A DNA stretch of 64,000 nucleotides from an uncultured delta proteobacterium (GCA_963789265.1 CAWBKB010000004.1:268586-332585); one strand, 5' to 3'. Counted from the stretch's first letter, positions 1-9,188 are shown. Notes: a model not told the origin generated them from the sequence alone. Program-made: numbers and translations.

Positions 1-79
1 CCGAACGTCAGTTCCTCCGGCTGACAGATCTTCCATTCGGTAGTTCCATAATGGCTGTTGTTCGGAAAGTTGGTCGCTG

Positions 80-688
80 ATGGGCGACAAGTCGTGGCAA
101 CTTGGGGCCCCCGGCTCCCTAACCTACCGATTGTACGACGCGTTGCGGAATCAACTGAACGGCAAACTGGTAAGTTATCTCCGGGGCCGCGGAATAAACC
201 ATGGCAAGTGCAAAGTGCTGGAAGCGGGCTCGGGACCTGCCTTTGCATCCTCGATTCTTGCGCAGGACAAACGGGTGGAACTCTGTGTGGCAGTTGACCT
301 TGACATTGAGGCACTGCATGAAGCGCGCCGCCGCGATCCAGGTTTATGTCTGGTTGTCGCAGACGTGCGCAATCTGCCCTTCAAGACCGAAACGTTCGAT
401 CTTTCCTGGAACAGCAGCACCGTCGAACATCTGCCAATCCCTTGTACTGCCGTATCCGAGATGGCACGTGTCACGCGGAAAGGCGGAAAGGTCTTCGTGG
501 GTGTCCCGAATGTTTACGGCCCGTTGGGATTCGAACGTTGGATTCGGGAGACTTCGGTGGGCATCTGGATTGGACAGACTTTTACCGGCTCCGAGCTAAA
601 AGAAGTGCTAATGCAGTCAGGACTCAAGCCGCAACACTCGCTCTTCTATTTCTTCCGCTTTTTTGTCGGTATGCTTGCAGAAAAATAA
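80..688 (+). CDS. Class I SAM-dependent methyltransferase (Methyltransf_11-like)
   Basis: Motif I VLEAGSG, then AVDLD, ADVRNLPF..ETFD and EMARVTRKGG, all typical of class I methyltransferases. Confidence 0.85.
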   Translation: MGDKSWQLGAPGSLTYRLYDALRNQLNGKLVSYLRGRGINHGKCKVLEAGSGPAFASSILAQDKRVELCVAVDLDIEALHEARRRDPGLCLVVADVRNLPFKTETFDLSWNSSTVEHLPIPCTAVSEMARVTRKGGKVFVGVPNVYGPLGFERWIRETSVGIWIGQTFTGSELKEVLMQSGLKPQHSLFYFFRFFVGMLAEK

Positions 689-947
689 CATGGCGTTCCC
701 GTCGTAGCGAATGACGCGATTTCCCCGCGATTTGCGGGGATAACCGCATCCTTATATGTTATTCCACCCTGAATCGGGGTGCCGTAGGCGCTGACTCAAG
801 GCCAGTCTGTTGTTTTTGAAAGGGGCCAAGGGCCTTCAAAGTCCACCTTTTCTAAAGTGGGATTTTGGGGTATAGGCGTTAAAACAAAGCATCCCTTGCA
901 ACCTTATGAGCCCCAGGGGGGCGCCGAGATAGTAGCCCGGCGCTTCA

Positions 948-2623
948 GAAACTGTCTCAAAAGTCGATTTTGGGCTCGCGATTCTCAACCGATTCTACTA
1001 ATGAGATGTGAAAAGAGAATCGGAGAGGGAAAGGATTATGCCGCAAATCAGAGCCGACTACAAGCAGGTGTTTCTGCTTCCGCCCGCTATAGATGACTGG
1101 ATAGGGCCTGATCATCCAGCGCGCTTCATAGGAGACTTTGTGGATTCCTTGGATTTGGAGGTGCTGGGTTTTCGAGTTCCGAATGGCGAAACGGGCCGTC
1201 CTCCCTATAGTACCGATCTTTTGTTGAAGGCATGGCTCTACGGCTATTTCAGCAGAATCAGGTCATCGCGCAAGCTTGAGAAGGCATGCATGGAGAACAT
1301 GGGATTGATTTGGCTGACGGGTATGAATGCAGCGGATCATAATACCCTGTGGCGATTCTGGAGGGACAACAAGAAGGTTTTCAAGGGAATATTCAAACAA
1401 TCGGTTCAAGTGGCAGTCAAAGCCGAGTTGATAGGTATGGCGGTTCATGCATTGGATGGAACCAAGATCCCTGTCGGATCATCTCGGGAGAAGTTCAAGA
1501 ACCAAGATCAGTTGGAGCGGATGCTTGAGAATTTGGACAAGTGCGTTGCCGACGTCATGACGGAGACAGAGAGGTGCGAGCAAGAGGAGGGTGGCGAATG
1601 GCGTCTTCCCGAAGCCCTGCAGGACGAGTTGAAACGCAAGGAGCGGATACAGAAGGCCTTGCAGGAATTGGATAAGACTGACAAGAAGGTCGTCCATCCC
1701 TGCGAGCCGGATGCCCGGTACATGAAGAACCGGCGGTCTACTGAGCCCTCTTACAATGCTCAAGCGGTGGCAGACCAACAAAGCGGCATGATTGTGGCTG
1801 AGGAAGTGGTCGACGAAGGCAATGACAATGGGCAGCTTGTTCCCATGCTGGATCGAGTTCAGGAAAATTTGGGCGCAACCGCAGAGGAAACCGTGGCGGA
1901 CGCAGGATACTTCGCATCGGCTCAAATCGCGTTGGCCGAAGAGAAGGAGTACGAGGTCTTGGTCGCCAAGTCGTCGGGAGAGTCCGCTGCGGAAAAAGGC
2001 GCTCAATGGGACCCTTATCACGCTTCCCAGTTCGTCTACGACCAAGAGCGAGACGTCTGTATTTGTCCGCAAGGCGCATCGCTGAACTTTCTTCAGAAGA
2101 AAGTCACAGGAAAAAACGGAAACGAGATCCGGCGGTATCGATGCCGGGACTACTTGACGTGTCCTGAACGGTGGAAGTGCAGCAAGAGCAAGAATGGCCG
2201 TCTCATAGACATTAACATCTATCGTGACGCAGTTGAGCGCCACCGCAAGAAACGGGAGGTCCCGGAAAGCAAGACGCTACTCCGAGCCCGCAAGGTGATC
2301 ATTGAGCCGGTCTTTGCATGGATAAAGAGCCACTTGGACTTTAGACGGTGGACCGTGTCCGGATTATCCAATGCGAGGGCTCAATGGTCTTTGATGTGCG
2401 CCACCTTGAATCTCAAGAAGCTCTACAGCCATTGGCTGACGGGGCGTCTGGTGCTAACCGCGGCCTAAGACATCAGGACGGAGAGTGACTCATGGCTGCC
2501 TGAGGCATACTCATAGCCGGCCCCGGCTCGTCGGAGACAAGGGAGGCCAAGGTGCGAGATTAACCGCACCCTACCACCCCGAGAGTCGTCATCGTGCCAC
2601 TACAACCGTTTTGAGACACTCTC
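948..2623 (+). mobile_element. Complete IS1182-family insertion sequence (1676 bp)
   Basis: IRL GAAACTGTCTCAAAA (948-962) matches the reverse complement of IRR TTTTGAGACACTCTC (2609-2623) at 13/15; TTCA directly repeated at 944-947 and 2624-2627; one transposase inside. Confidence 0.9.
1038..2468 (+). CDS. IS1182-family DDE transposase
   Basis: N-terminal LLPP..DHPAR and GRPPY..SSRKLE; catalytic-type LDGTK, ADAGY and IEPVFAWIK motifs; ATG at 1038 has an AAGGA RBS. Confidence 0.92.
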   Translation: MPQIRADYKQVFLLPPAIDDWIGPDHPARFIGDFVDSLDLEVLGFRVPNGETGRPPYSTDLLLKAWLYGYFSRIRSSRKLEKACMENMGLIWLTGMNAADHNTLWRFWRDNKKVFKGIFKQSVQVAVKAELIGMAVHALDGTKIPVGSSREKFKNQDQLERMLENLDKCVADVMTETERCEQEEGGEWRLPEALQDELKRKERIQKALQELDKTDKKVVHPCEPDARYMKNRRSTEPSYNAQAVADQQSGMIVAEEVVDEGNDNGQLVPMLDRVQENLGATAEETVADAGYFASAQIALAEEKEYEVLVAKSSGESAAEKGAQWDPYHASQFVYDQERDVCICPQGASLNFLQKKVTGKNGNEIRRYRCRDYLTCPERWKCSKSKNGRLIDINIYRDAVERHRKKREVPESKTLLRARKVIIEPVFAWIKSHLDFRRWTVSGLSNARAQWSLMCATLNLKKLYSHWLTGRLVLTAA

Positions 2624-2901
2624 TTCATTGCCGGGTAAGGGACCAATTATGTACTGGTTCTGCGTCCCATAGGGACGCTTGAAAGATTGATTTCTAGGAT
2701 GACATTCGGGCGTCCCTATGGGACGCAGAGGTTCTCCATTGACTCTTTTCCCGGCGCTGAAGCACCGGTCTACTATCAAAACGTCCCTACGGGACAACCG
2801 CGTAGTGGCCAACGGATGAACGCATTTAAGCGCCTATGGGTTAAAGAGGATTTTCTCAAAATTTGGAACGCGAATAGGTAGAGACTTTCTTGCAAAGAAG
2901 T

Positions 2902-4194
2902 CTACGCCACACTTGCCGCCTTGAATGCAACGTCTCCTGATTCCTCCTGGACCAAGGCTTCCGCAACCAGGTTCGAAAGAAATTCCACCTTGACCCCCAA
3001 TTCGTAATGCTCGTTGAGATCGGAAAGCTGACTGTAACAGTTCTCGCACGCGGTGCAAAGGATCCGGGCCCCGGTGGCCTTGACCTGGTCGGCCTTGACC
3101 TTGGCAGACTTCATCCGGAAATCTTTCTCACCGATAACCACAAGCCCGCCGCCGCCACCACAACACCAGTTCGCCTGACGATTTGGCTGCATTTCCACAA
3201 AGTCGGCGCTGAGGCTCCTCAAGATTTCCCGAGGTTGCTCGTAAATCCCTCCGTTTCGTGCGATCTGGCACGGATCGTGGTACGTGATTCTCCCGTTTGT
3301 CTTGGACTTGTCCAACTTGATGCGCCCTTCTCTCAAATAGCGAGCGATCAGCTCTACAAAAGTGATGACTTTGAACGGATGCTCACCTGTCATGTGCCTC
3401 ATAACGCGATAGGCAGTGCCGCATTCGCAGATGGCCACTTCGGGAACCTCTAGGCGAACGGCTTCGTCAACGATCCGTTGGGCAATCTCTTTTGTCTTCT
3501 TGGGGTGTCCGACGAATGCGCCGAAGTTGACTGCCTCGAAGTAGCTGAGCGACCATTTTTCGCCCGCTGCGTTCATGATAGCGGCCGCGGGAATAATCGA
3601 GTGCTTTCCGGCAAGTGCCACGTAAAGCACGTTTGCTCCCTTGACGTCCAGCGGGATGGCATCCGCGCCGGCTTCACCGCGCCACTTTTCAATCACCTCG
3701 GCTTCAAGCTTGTGCACTGCCTCGCCAAAATTCGCTTTGGTGGCCTCAATATTTTCACCCTTGGCAATCGACACGTCTGCAAGCATGCTCAGCACTTTCG
3801 GTTCCATATCCGCACCAATGAGCATTAACTTTGCAATGGACTGGATGAGCTGCGTGTCAATGCCGAATGGGCAAAATGTCATACAACGACGACAGCCCGT
3901 GCAAGTGTATGCGGTCTCGTTGACCTTCTCCATCCAATAGTCGTCCAGTTCCACCGCTTCGTTGAGCCAGGGCGCTATCTTTCCCGAAAACTTGAAGTAC
4001 TTTTCGTAGAGTCGGCGTATGTTCTGTGCTCGGCCCACTGCCGTGTAACGCGTCTCCGGAGACGAGGCGTAAACATGGCATGCCTCAACGCACATGCCAC
4101 AGCGCGAACAATTCTCCAGATACATGCGCGCCGCTCGGTTAAGTTTACCCGAGAAGAGTTCAAGCAGTTGTCGGCGTTTTTCATGGTCCATCAT
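2902..4194 (-). CDS. Fe-S oxidoreductase with two ferredoxin motifs and CCG domains (HdrD/DsrK/HmcF-like)
   Basis: CSRCGMCVEAC and CTGCRRCMTFC, plus CECGTA and YHDPC..CCGGGG..CTACENC; start placed at the TAATG overlap (4194) rather than at 4431. Confidence 0.88.
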   Translation of the reverse strand: MMDHEKRRQLLELFSGKLNRAARMYLENCSRCGMCVEACHVYASSPETRYTAVGRAQNIRRLYEKYFKFSGKIAPWLNEAVELDDYWMEKVNETAYTCTGCRRCMTFCPFGIDTQLIQSIAKLMLIGADMEPKVLSMLADVSIAKGENIEATKANFGEAVHKLEAEVIEKWRGEAGADAIPLDVKGANVLYVALAGKHSIIPAAAIMNAAGEKWSLSYFEAVNFGAFVGHPKKTKEIAQRIVDEAVRLEVPEVAICECGTAYRVMRHMTGEHPFKVITFVELIARYLREGRIKLDKSKTNGRITYHDPCQIARNGGIYEQPREILRSLSADFVEMQPNRQANWCCGGGGGLVVIGEKDFRMKSAKVKADQVKATGARILCTACENCYSQLSDLNEHYELGVKVEFLSNLVAEALVQEESGDVAFKAASVA

Positions 4195-4907
4195 TAAGCC
4201 CTCCGCAGCAGGTTCAGCGGCACTGCAAAGAAACTGTGCATTATCTTGCTGAACGGTAGAATCATGAGGAACAAGTTGGCCAGTAACACGTGCGTTCCGA
4301 CGATCACATAGTGAGAACCCGAGAGCATGGTGCGGGGGTCTGCAAATGTGAACGTGACGAGGTTGCTCAGATAGGAGCCCAGGTCCTGTTTGGTGATGAC
4401 AAAACCATCCGGGCTCCAGGAATTTCCCCAACTGACAACGTCACCGGTAAGGAAGATGCAAAACAGCAGGCACAAAATCAGATAGTCGGCAGGGACAGAC
4501 AAGTCCCGTACTGGCGTGCGGAAGCGGCGCAATAGGAAATAGATCACGGATATGGTGAGCACTACCCCCACAGCTCCGTGGCCGATCATGTCCGGAGAAT
4601 CCGGACTCGTAAGCCGCAATTGAGGTATCAGATCGAGGTGCGAGATTATGAGTAACGCGATGGCTCCATGGAAGGCCAACAGGAAAACCCAAAATACCGG
4701 CTTGTGCTTTCTGACGGAAGGCATGGTAAATGCGTCCTTTACAGCGGCCAGAAAGGGGGTCTTGCTCTCAGGGAATATTTTCAGCGTATTCGGCATCTCG
4801 GGGGCCCGTACAATGCCGATGACTTTTGCCGTGATGCCCACAATGCACCAGACAAATGCCAGATATACCATGGGCACCATGATGAGATAAAAGATTTTGT
4901 CTATCAT
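4194..4907 (-). CDS. Membrane b-type cytochrome subunit, NarI/DsrM/HmcE family
   Basis: Several hydrophobic segments; His residues in AFHG..SH, THV and PFSKIMH; translationally coupled to the CCG gene. Confidence 0.85.
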   Translation of the reverse strand: MIDKIFYLIMVPMVYLAFVWCIVGITAKVIGIVRAPEMPNTLKIFPESKTPFLAAVKDAFTMPSVRKHKPVFWVFLLAFHGAIALLIISHLDLIPQLRLTSPDSPDMIGHGAVGVVLTISVIYFLLRRFRTPVRDLSVPADYLILCLLFCIFLTGDVVSWGNSWSPDGFVITKQDLGSYLSNLVTFTFADPRTMLSGSHYVIVGTHVLLANLFLMILPFSKIMHSFFAVPLNLLRRA

Positions 4908-4925
4908 GACTCATTCTCGTACCGG

Positions 4926-5165
4926 CTATTTGAGCCGCTTGACGAATATTTTGATGACGCCGTTACCTTGCTCGGATTCCAGCACTTCATGACCCGTAGT
5001 CTTGGCCCAGGCGGGAAAGTCCGAAAGTGAGCCGGGATCGGTCGTATGCACTTCAATGACCTCACCGACTCCTACAGAGTTTATTTCCTGGCTGATCTTG
5101 ACAACAGGCATGGGACATGGAAGTCCTTTGACGTCCAGCACTTTCGAAACAGTGTGTTCTGACAT
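4926..5165 (-). CDS. tusA: TusA-family sulfurtransferase
   Basis: LDVKGLPCPMP (CPxP) and TTDPGS..DFPAW motifs, 79 aa. Confidence 0.92.
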   Translation of the reverse strand: MSEHTVSKVLDVKGLPCPMPVVKISQEINSVGVGEVIEVHTTDPGSLSDFPAWAKTTGHEVLESEQGNGVIKIFVKRLK

Positions 5166-5176
5166 TTTGCTACTCC

Positions 5177-5722
5177 CTAGATAAATAGCTGATTGCTCGA
5201 TTCTTTGGCATGAGCAAGAAATGTGGCCACCCCCACGTACTCGAGGTTCGGGTAGTCGATGATCTCCTCGTGTTTGAAGCCCATCAGGTCCATGGACATC
5301 TCGCAGACCTTGATTTCCACCCCGAGTTGGGCTGCAAGTTCAAAAAGCTGATCCAGGCTGGGGGCGTTTTTCTTCTTCATGAGCCCCTTCATCATGGCCG
5401 TTCCCATTCCACCCATGTTCATTTGTGAAAGCTTCACCCTGTTGCGGCCTTTGGGCAGCATCCAGCCGAACATTTTGGACATGAAGTCCTTGCCGTTAAC
5501 GTTGGCATCCGGCTTGCGAAGCGCCGCGGTGCCCCAGAACGTGAAGAATTGGACAACTTTCATCCCCATCGCGGCAGCGCCGGTGGCGATGATCATTGCT
5601 GCCAGCAATTTGTCGAGATCTCCGGAGAACACGACCATTGCGAGTTTGTTCTGCTTGCCGGCGCCGAGCTCCTCGACTTTTTTCTCCAACTCCGCTAGTT
5701 GAACCAGTGCATCTGCGCTCAT
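5177..5722 (-). CDS. DsrE2/DsrE-F family sulfur carrier
   Basis: FSGDLDK, FFTFWG, LSQMNMGGMG, CEMSMDLMG and GVATFL motifs of the DrsE_2 family. Confidence 0.88.
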   Translation of the reverse strand: MSADALVQLAELEKKVEELGAGKQNKLAMVVFSGDLDKLLAAMIIATGAAAMGMKVVQFFTFWGTAALRKPDANVNGKDFMSKMFGWMLPKGRNRVKLSQMNMGGMGTAMMKGLMKKKNAPSLDQLFELAAQLGVEIKVCEMSMDLMGFKHEEIIDYPNLEYVGVATFLAHAKESSNQLFI

Positions 5723-5841
5723 TTACTGTTCCTCCATTTGTGTTACGGCAGCAGGTGCCGTTATTGATTTACCTGCCGAGGGCTGAGTCAAAGCGCCCAG
5801 CGGCGGCCACAAACATACAGGTATGTCCATATATGAATAGA

Positions 5842-5870
5842 ATAATACCGAGACGGTTTTGGATTGTCAA
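5842..5870 (-). promoter_or_regulatory. sigma70-type promoter of the dsrE2-tusA operon
   Basis: Minus strand TTGACA-17 nt-TATTAT, about 120 bp upstream of the start codon. Confidence 0.65.
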
Positions 5871-6123
5871 TCATTTTTGTCGAGAAAGGTCATGTTCACA
5901 GACTCTCTCATTGACTAAATCGGTAAGGAACCGCTAGGTAGACTGGAATCATGGTGAGCGGAGAAGAAGTCGAAAAAGCAGACAAAAAAAGTAGCCGAAC
6001 TCAGGACCCAGGCGAAGGGGGAGGAAAAGGGAGAGGATGAAGATTCTGTAAGAGGTGGCGATGCCCGTGGTTCTGGGGAACCACTCCGTTCCAACCAGGG
6101 CGGCGACTTAGGTTTTGGCCGTT

Positions 6124-6181
6124 GTAGAGCGGCCCGTGGCCGCTCCCGCGAACGCGGGGCGTCGGGCACGGCCCGACCTAC
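6124..6181. repeat. GTAG-type REP doublet
   Basis: GTAGAGCGGCCCGTGGCCGCTC...GTCGGGCACGGCCCGACCTAC; similar elements at 29209-29257 and 48691-48751. Confidence 0.6.
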
Positions 6182-6411
6182 CAGTTTGTCTTATCCCGTT
6201 TGTTTCGATCCCATATCTCCTTCTTTGGGTGGTCTCTCTTGCACTGTTCCACACACTGAGAGTAGAGGCTAGGCTTGCGGATCCGATCAAAATTGAGTTG
6301 ACAGTAAGTCAGGCACGATTGCAAACCCGAATCATCGGCCTCCGGCACCTGCGGCAGTCCACAGGCAAGCGCACCGAGCAGAAGAGAAAACAACAAAGTC
6401 TTTATTAACAT
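6178..6411 (-). CDS. Small secreted Cys-containing hypothetical protein
   Basis: Signal-peptide-like N-terminus, twin CxxxC motifs (CLTYC, CVEQC), AGGAG RBS. Confidence 0.6.
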   Translation of the reverse strand: MLIKTLLFSLLLGALACGLPQVPEADDSGLQSCLTYCQLNFDRIRKPSLYSQCVEQCKRDHPKKEIWDRNKRDKTNW

Positions 6412-6705
6412 AGCCGGTCTCCTTGAAGGGCAAAATCGGGGTCCCCAGGATCTCTCCGGAGAGATCGGCCCCGGGCCCGGGATTCAATATTTCCGAGAAG
6501 ACAGCATGTCCGCATGATATGGTACCATGAGCGAATAATACTCTGATACCCATTCGCTTTCAAACAAGTGAGAATGGGCCGATAACAAACGGCACTGACC
6601 TGGGGCCATGCTGGTGCCTCTCGCGGAACGCGGGAGGCTTTGTCAGATCCGTGCTGCATTTCCTTGATTGTTCACCGTTTGATCGCGCACAGGTATGGGC
6701 CGCTC

Positions 6706-8211
6706 TCACTTGGCGAATCCTCCCGGGGTTTTCATGTATAAGATGCCATACCTTTTCTGGATTTCATTATCCAATACTTGAGCGTTCCCAAAGTCAATAG
6801 GCAACTGAAGATTTTCGGATACCTCGAGGAGAACCTTCTTTTTACCTTGCTTAATAGAAGATTGGATTGTGTTGTACATTTGCTCGATGTTCAGGATTTT
6901 TTCCCCGTTTATTTTCTTGACCCTCTTCAAATAGGGAGTTGCGTTCACCAATCCGTATTCCGGGAATACTTCCGAAATGATGACTATTTTTTCGTACGGA
7001 CGTTTCGGAAACCTGTCCAGGTACTTGGCCCGAAACGTGTCGCCCGACTTCCCCAAGTTGTCAATGCAATTCAGGGAAAGTTCTACAAATCCTATGCCGT
7101 CGTAGATGAAATAATTCGCCCGCCTAAAGAGCTTGGAAACGAGCCTCGGCAGGTCTTTTCCGACCTTTCCGGCGATCTCCAGCGGTTTTCCGTCACGAAT
7201 CACCTTTACGACGAGGGGGTCTCCGACTTTCTTGCGGTTGAGGATTTCTCTAAAAGGGACTTTCTGTCCAAGAGGCTGAAAGTAGATCTCGCCAAAATTG
7301 TCAACCGCATGTCCGTCGATCTCCACTAAAATATCATGCGCCCGGAGTCCGAATTCATAAGGACCGCCGCCCGGTACTAGATAGGTTAAGAGGATTCCGC
7401 CCTGGTTCGGGCTGAGATTGTAGTAATTCTTCAACCCGGGAAACATCTGTTGGACCTGATACCGCCAAATGGGAATCTGATCCTGCTCGTGCAGAAGGGG
7501 CATCAGCGTCTTCACAAGGTTGACGGGAATGAAGTAATTGATCCGGTCTCCAATTTGTATGCCCTGAAAGCTGATGCCAACCACCACATCATTCATCAGG
7601 ACGGGCCCTCCGGAGTTGCCGCGATTTTGCTGAAGCGAAGCTTGGACCATCAGCCATTTATCCTTGGAATACGCGTACGTGTTCACCTCTATTCTACTGA
7701 TTTCTCCCTGCTCCGATTTGCTGATCCGTTCCCCGCCTAACGGGTAACCCCACCCAAGAACCTTGTCCCCCACGCGAAGCTTGTCGCTGTCGCCCAGCGC
7801 TAGAGGGACAATTTTACCGTTACGCTGTTCATAGTCGGCCAGTTCATGAGATTCCATCTTTAGGACTGCAAAATCCGCGCTGTCACACATCCCAACGATT
7901 TTTACTTCATAGCGCCTTTTTTCGCGCCCGTTGGATACCTTAATACTTTGCGCCATGCTGACCGCGTGCGCGTTCGTGAGGATGAGCCCTTTCTCACCCG
8001 GAAAGTTCTTTTCATCCTTGAAAAAAAACCCGCTTGCCTTGACTTGATTGAAGTCGGGGCTTTTCCACGGCTTGTGATAGTAAGATGACTTTTTCGTAGA
8101 GAACACTCGCAGCACCTGCGTTTCGATTGACGCGATAGGTTGGGCTGCGCATAAAGCAGCAGAGGCTAAGAAGATTGGGACAAGCCAAAAAACCATCAAA
8201 CGATGCTTCAT
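6706..8211 (-). CDS. HtrA/Deg-type S1C serine protease with PDZ domains
   Basis: LTNAH, D(FAVL) and NRGNSGGP catalytic triad; signal peptide from MKHRL with GGAGG RBS; PDZ-like C-terminal half. Confidence 0.88.
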   Translation of the reverse strand: MKHRLMVFWLVPIFLASAALCAAQPIASIETQVLRVFSTKKSSYYHKPWKSPDFNQVKASGFFFKDEKNFPGEKGLILTNAHAVSMAQSIKVSNGREKRRYEVKIVGMCDSADFAVLKMESHELADYEQRNGKIVPLALGDSDKLRVGDKVLGWGYPLGGERISKSEQGEISRIEVNTYAYSKDKWLMVQASLQQNRGNSGGPVLMNDVVVGISFQGIQIGDRINYFIPVNLVKTLMPLLHEQDQIPIWRYQVQQMFPGLKNYYNLSPNQGGILLTYLVPGGGPYEFGLRAHDILVEIDGHAVDNFGEIYFQPLGQKVPFREILNRKKVGDPLVVKVIRDGKPLEIAGKVGKDLPRLVSKLFRRANYFIYDGIGFVELSLNCIDNLGKSGDTFRAKYLDRFPKRPYEKIVIISEVFPEYGLVNATPYLKRVKKINGEKILNIEQMYNTIQSSIKQGKKKVLLEVSENLQLPIDFGNAQVLDNEIQKRYGILYMKTPGGFAK

Positions 8212-8521
8212 ACTGACAAACTCCTCCGGCAATAGTGCCATCCGGTCTTAAATTCGAGCAAATAGGAGCAAAAACACCATGTAACCCGTACCATTACCAT
8301 GTGGTTTTGGCAATACTACGTGTTTGTGCTCTGAGGGCCGGCTGAAACATTGTTCCGGATCAAGTCGCAACGGACTTTTCAGGATTGTATCTCAGTTGCA
8401 CCTAACGGCCGTGCGACATTTCTCGGTTAAGCGGTGCGGATGCTGTTAGCATCTACATTGACGCATGTCCGGTCAATGTTTACCTTATTGCCAGAGAGAA
8501 AATGTTGTGAGGTGAAAAACA

Positions 8522-8821
8522 ATGTTCATGATGTACGAAACGCTGGTTCTGGCCTTTATTGCGCTAATTACTCCTCTTTTCGGAAAACTGGCCGGCTATG
8601 AATTGCGGCGAAAGCCATTTGAACTCGTCGCGGTTTCGGGCCTGTTCTTCTTGCTCACCGTGGCCTTTGGGATTCTGCCGCTTCAGGGAACTTTCCTGAC
8701 GTCGATCTGGACTTTCTTGGGCATAATTTCGTACTTCGTCGGTTGGTTTGCCTTGCTCGTCGGGGCAATATGGGAATTGATAGGCGTGCTGAGCATCCCG
8801 GAAGCAAGAGAACATGCCTAA
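8522..8821 (+). CDS. Small integral membrane hypothetical protein
   Basis: 99 aa with three hydrophobic segments, GAGGTG RBS, upstream TTGACG-17-TACCTT and downstream terminator. Confidence 0.7.
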   Translation: MFMMYETLVLAFIALITPLFGKLAGYELRRKPFELVAVSGLFFLLTVAFGILPLQGTFLTSIWTFLGIISYFVGWFALLVGAIWELIGVLSIPEAREHA

Positions 8822-8882
8822 CGATATCGAGTCCGCACTTGTGTGAGTTGGGCTTCCCACAAATCTTCTCGTAAATGTAAGC

Positions 8883-8923
8883 AACTACTCTCTTATCTGC
8901 ATAAGGTGGAGAGTAGTTTTTTT
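8883..8923 (+). terminator. Rho-independent terminator
   Basis: AACTACTCTC / GAGAGTAGTT stem followed by a T run. Confidence 0.65.
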
Positions 8924-8985
8924 CTCAGCATCCCACTACAGGAACCGTCCTTGGCGAGGTAACCGTTCACTTGGCGATGGGAAAT

Positions 8986-9072
8986 TGTCATTGCGAGGAG
9001 TGAAGCGACGAAGCAATCTCGGTTCTAGACGCTCTCCAGAAATTAGATTGCTTCGCTTCGCTCGCAATGACA
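8986..9072. repeat. RPE-like palindromic element (TGTCATTGCGAG...CTCGCAATGACA)
   Basis: 12 bp terminal IR and inner GAAGCAATCT/AGATTGCTTC stem; related copies near 24923, 26301, 34365, 34617 and 48053. Confidence 0.8.
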
Positions 9073-9188
9073 CCGGTTGGAACAGATCGGTGCCCCCGGA
9101 TAACCGAAAGGATACTTGGCGAGATGTCTATGTTTTGAGTTTTTCCGCGAGGCATGTTAACATCATATTACTTTATTGAAGGGGCCCT

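Larger units (their letters stand above)
928..2795. repeat. REP/REPIN-like composite palindrome interrupted by the IS (arms 928-947 joined to 2628-2636, and 2750-2777; inner palindromes 2660-2678, 2710-2728, 2782-2795)
   Basis: Removing the IS gives GATAGTAGCCCGGCGCTTCATTGCCGGG, an inverted near-copy of 2750-2777; 2660-2678 and 2710-2728 form a perfect 19 bp inverted pair. Confidence 0.75.

Noticed and set aside
1479..2243. Long antisense and alternate-frame ORFs (for example 1479-2243, 25574-26194, 31609-32280, 40609-41256)
   Set aside because: They shadow well-supported genes on the opposite strand and carry no motifs.
5950..6120. Charged open stretch containing ..DSVRGG, like a double-glycine leader peptide
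   Set aside because: No in-frame start codon (a TGA precedes it) and no peptidase transporter or maturase nearby.
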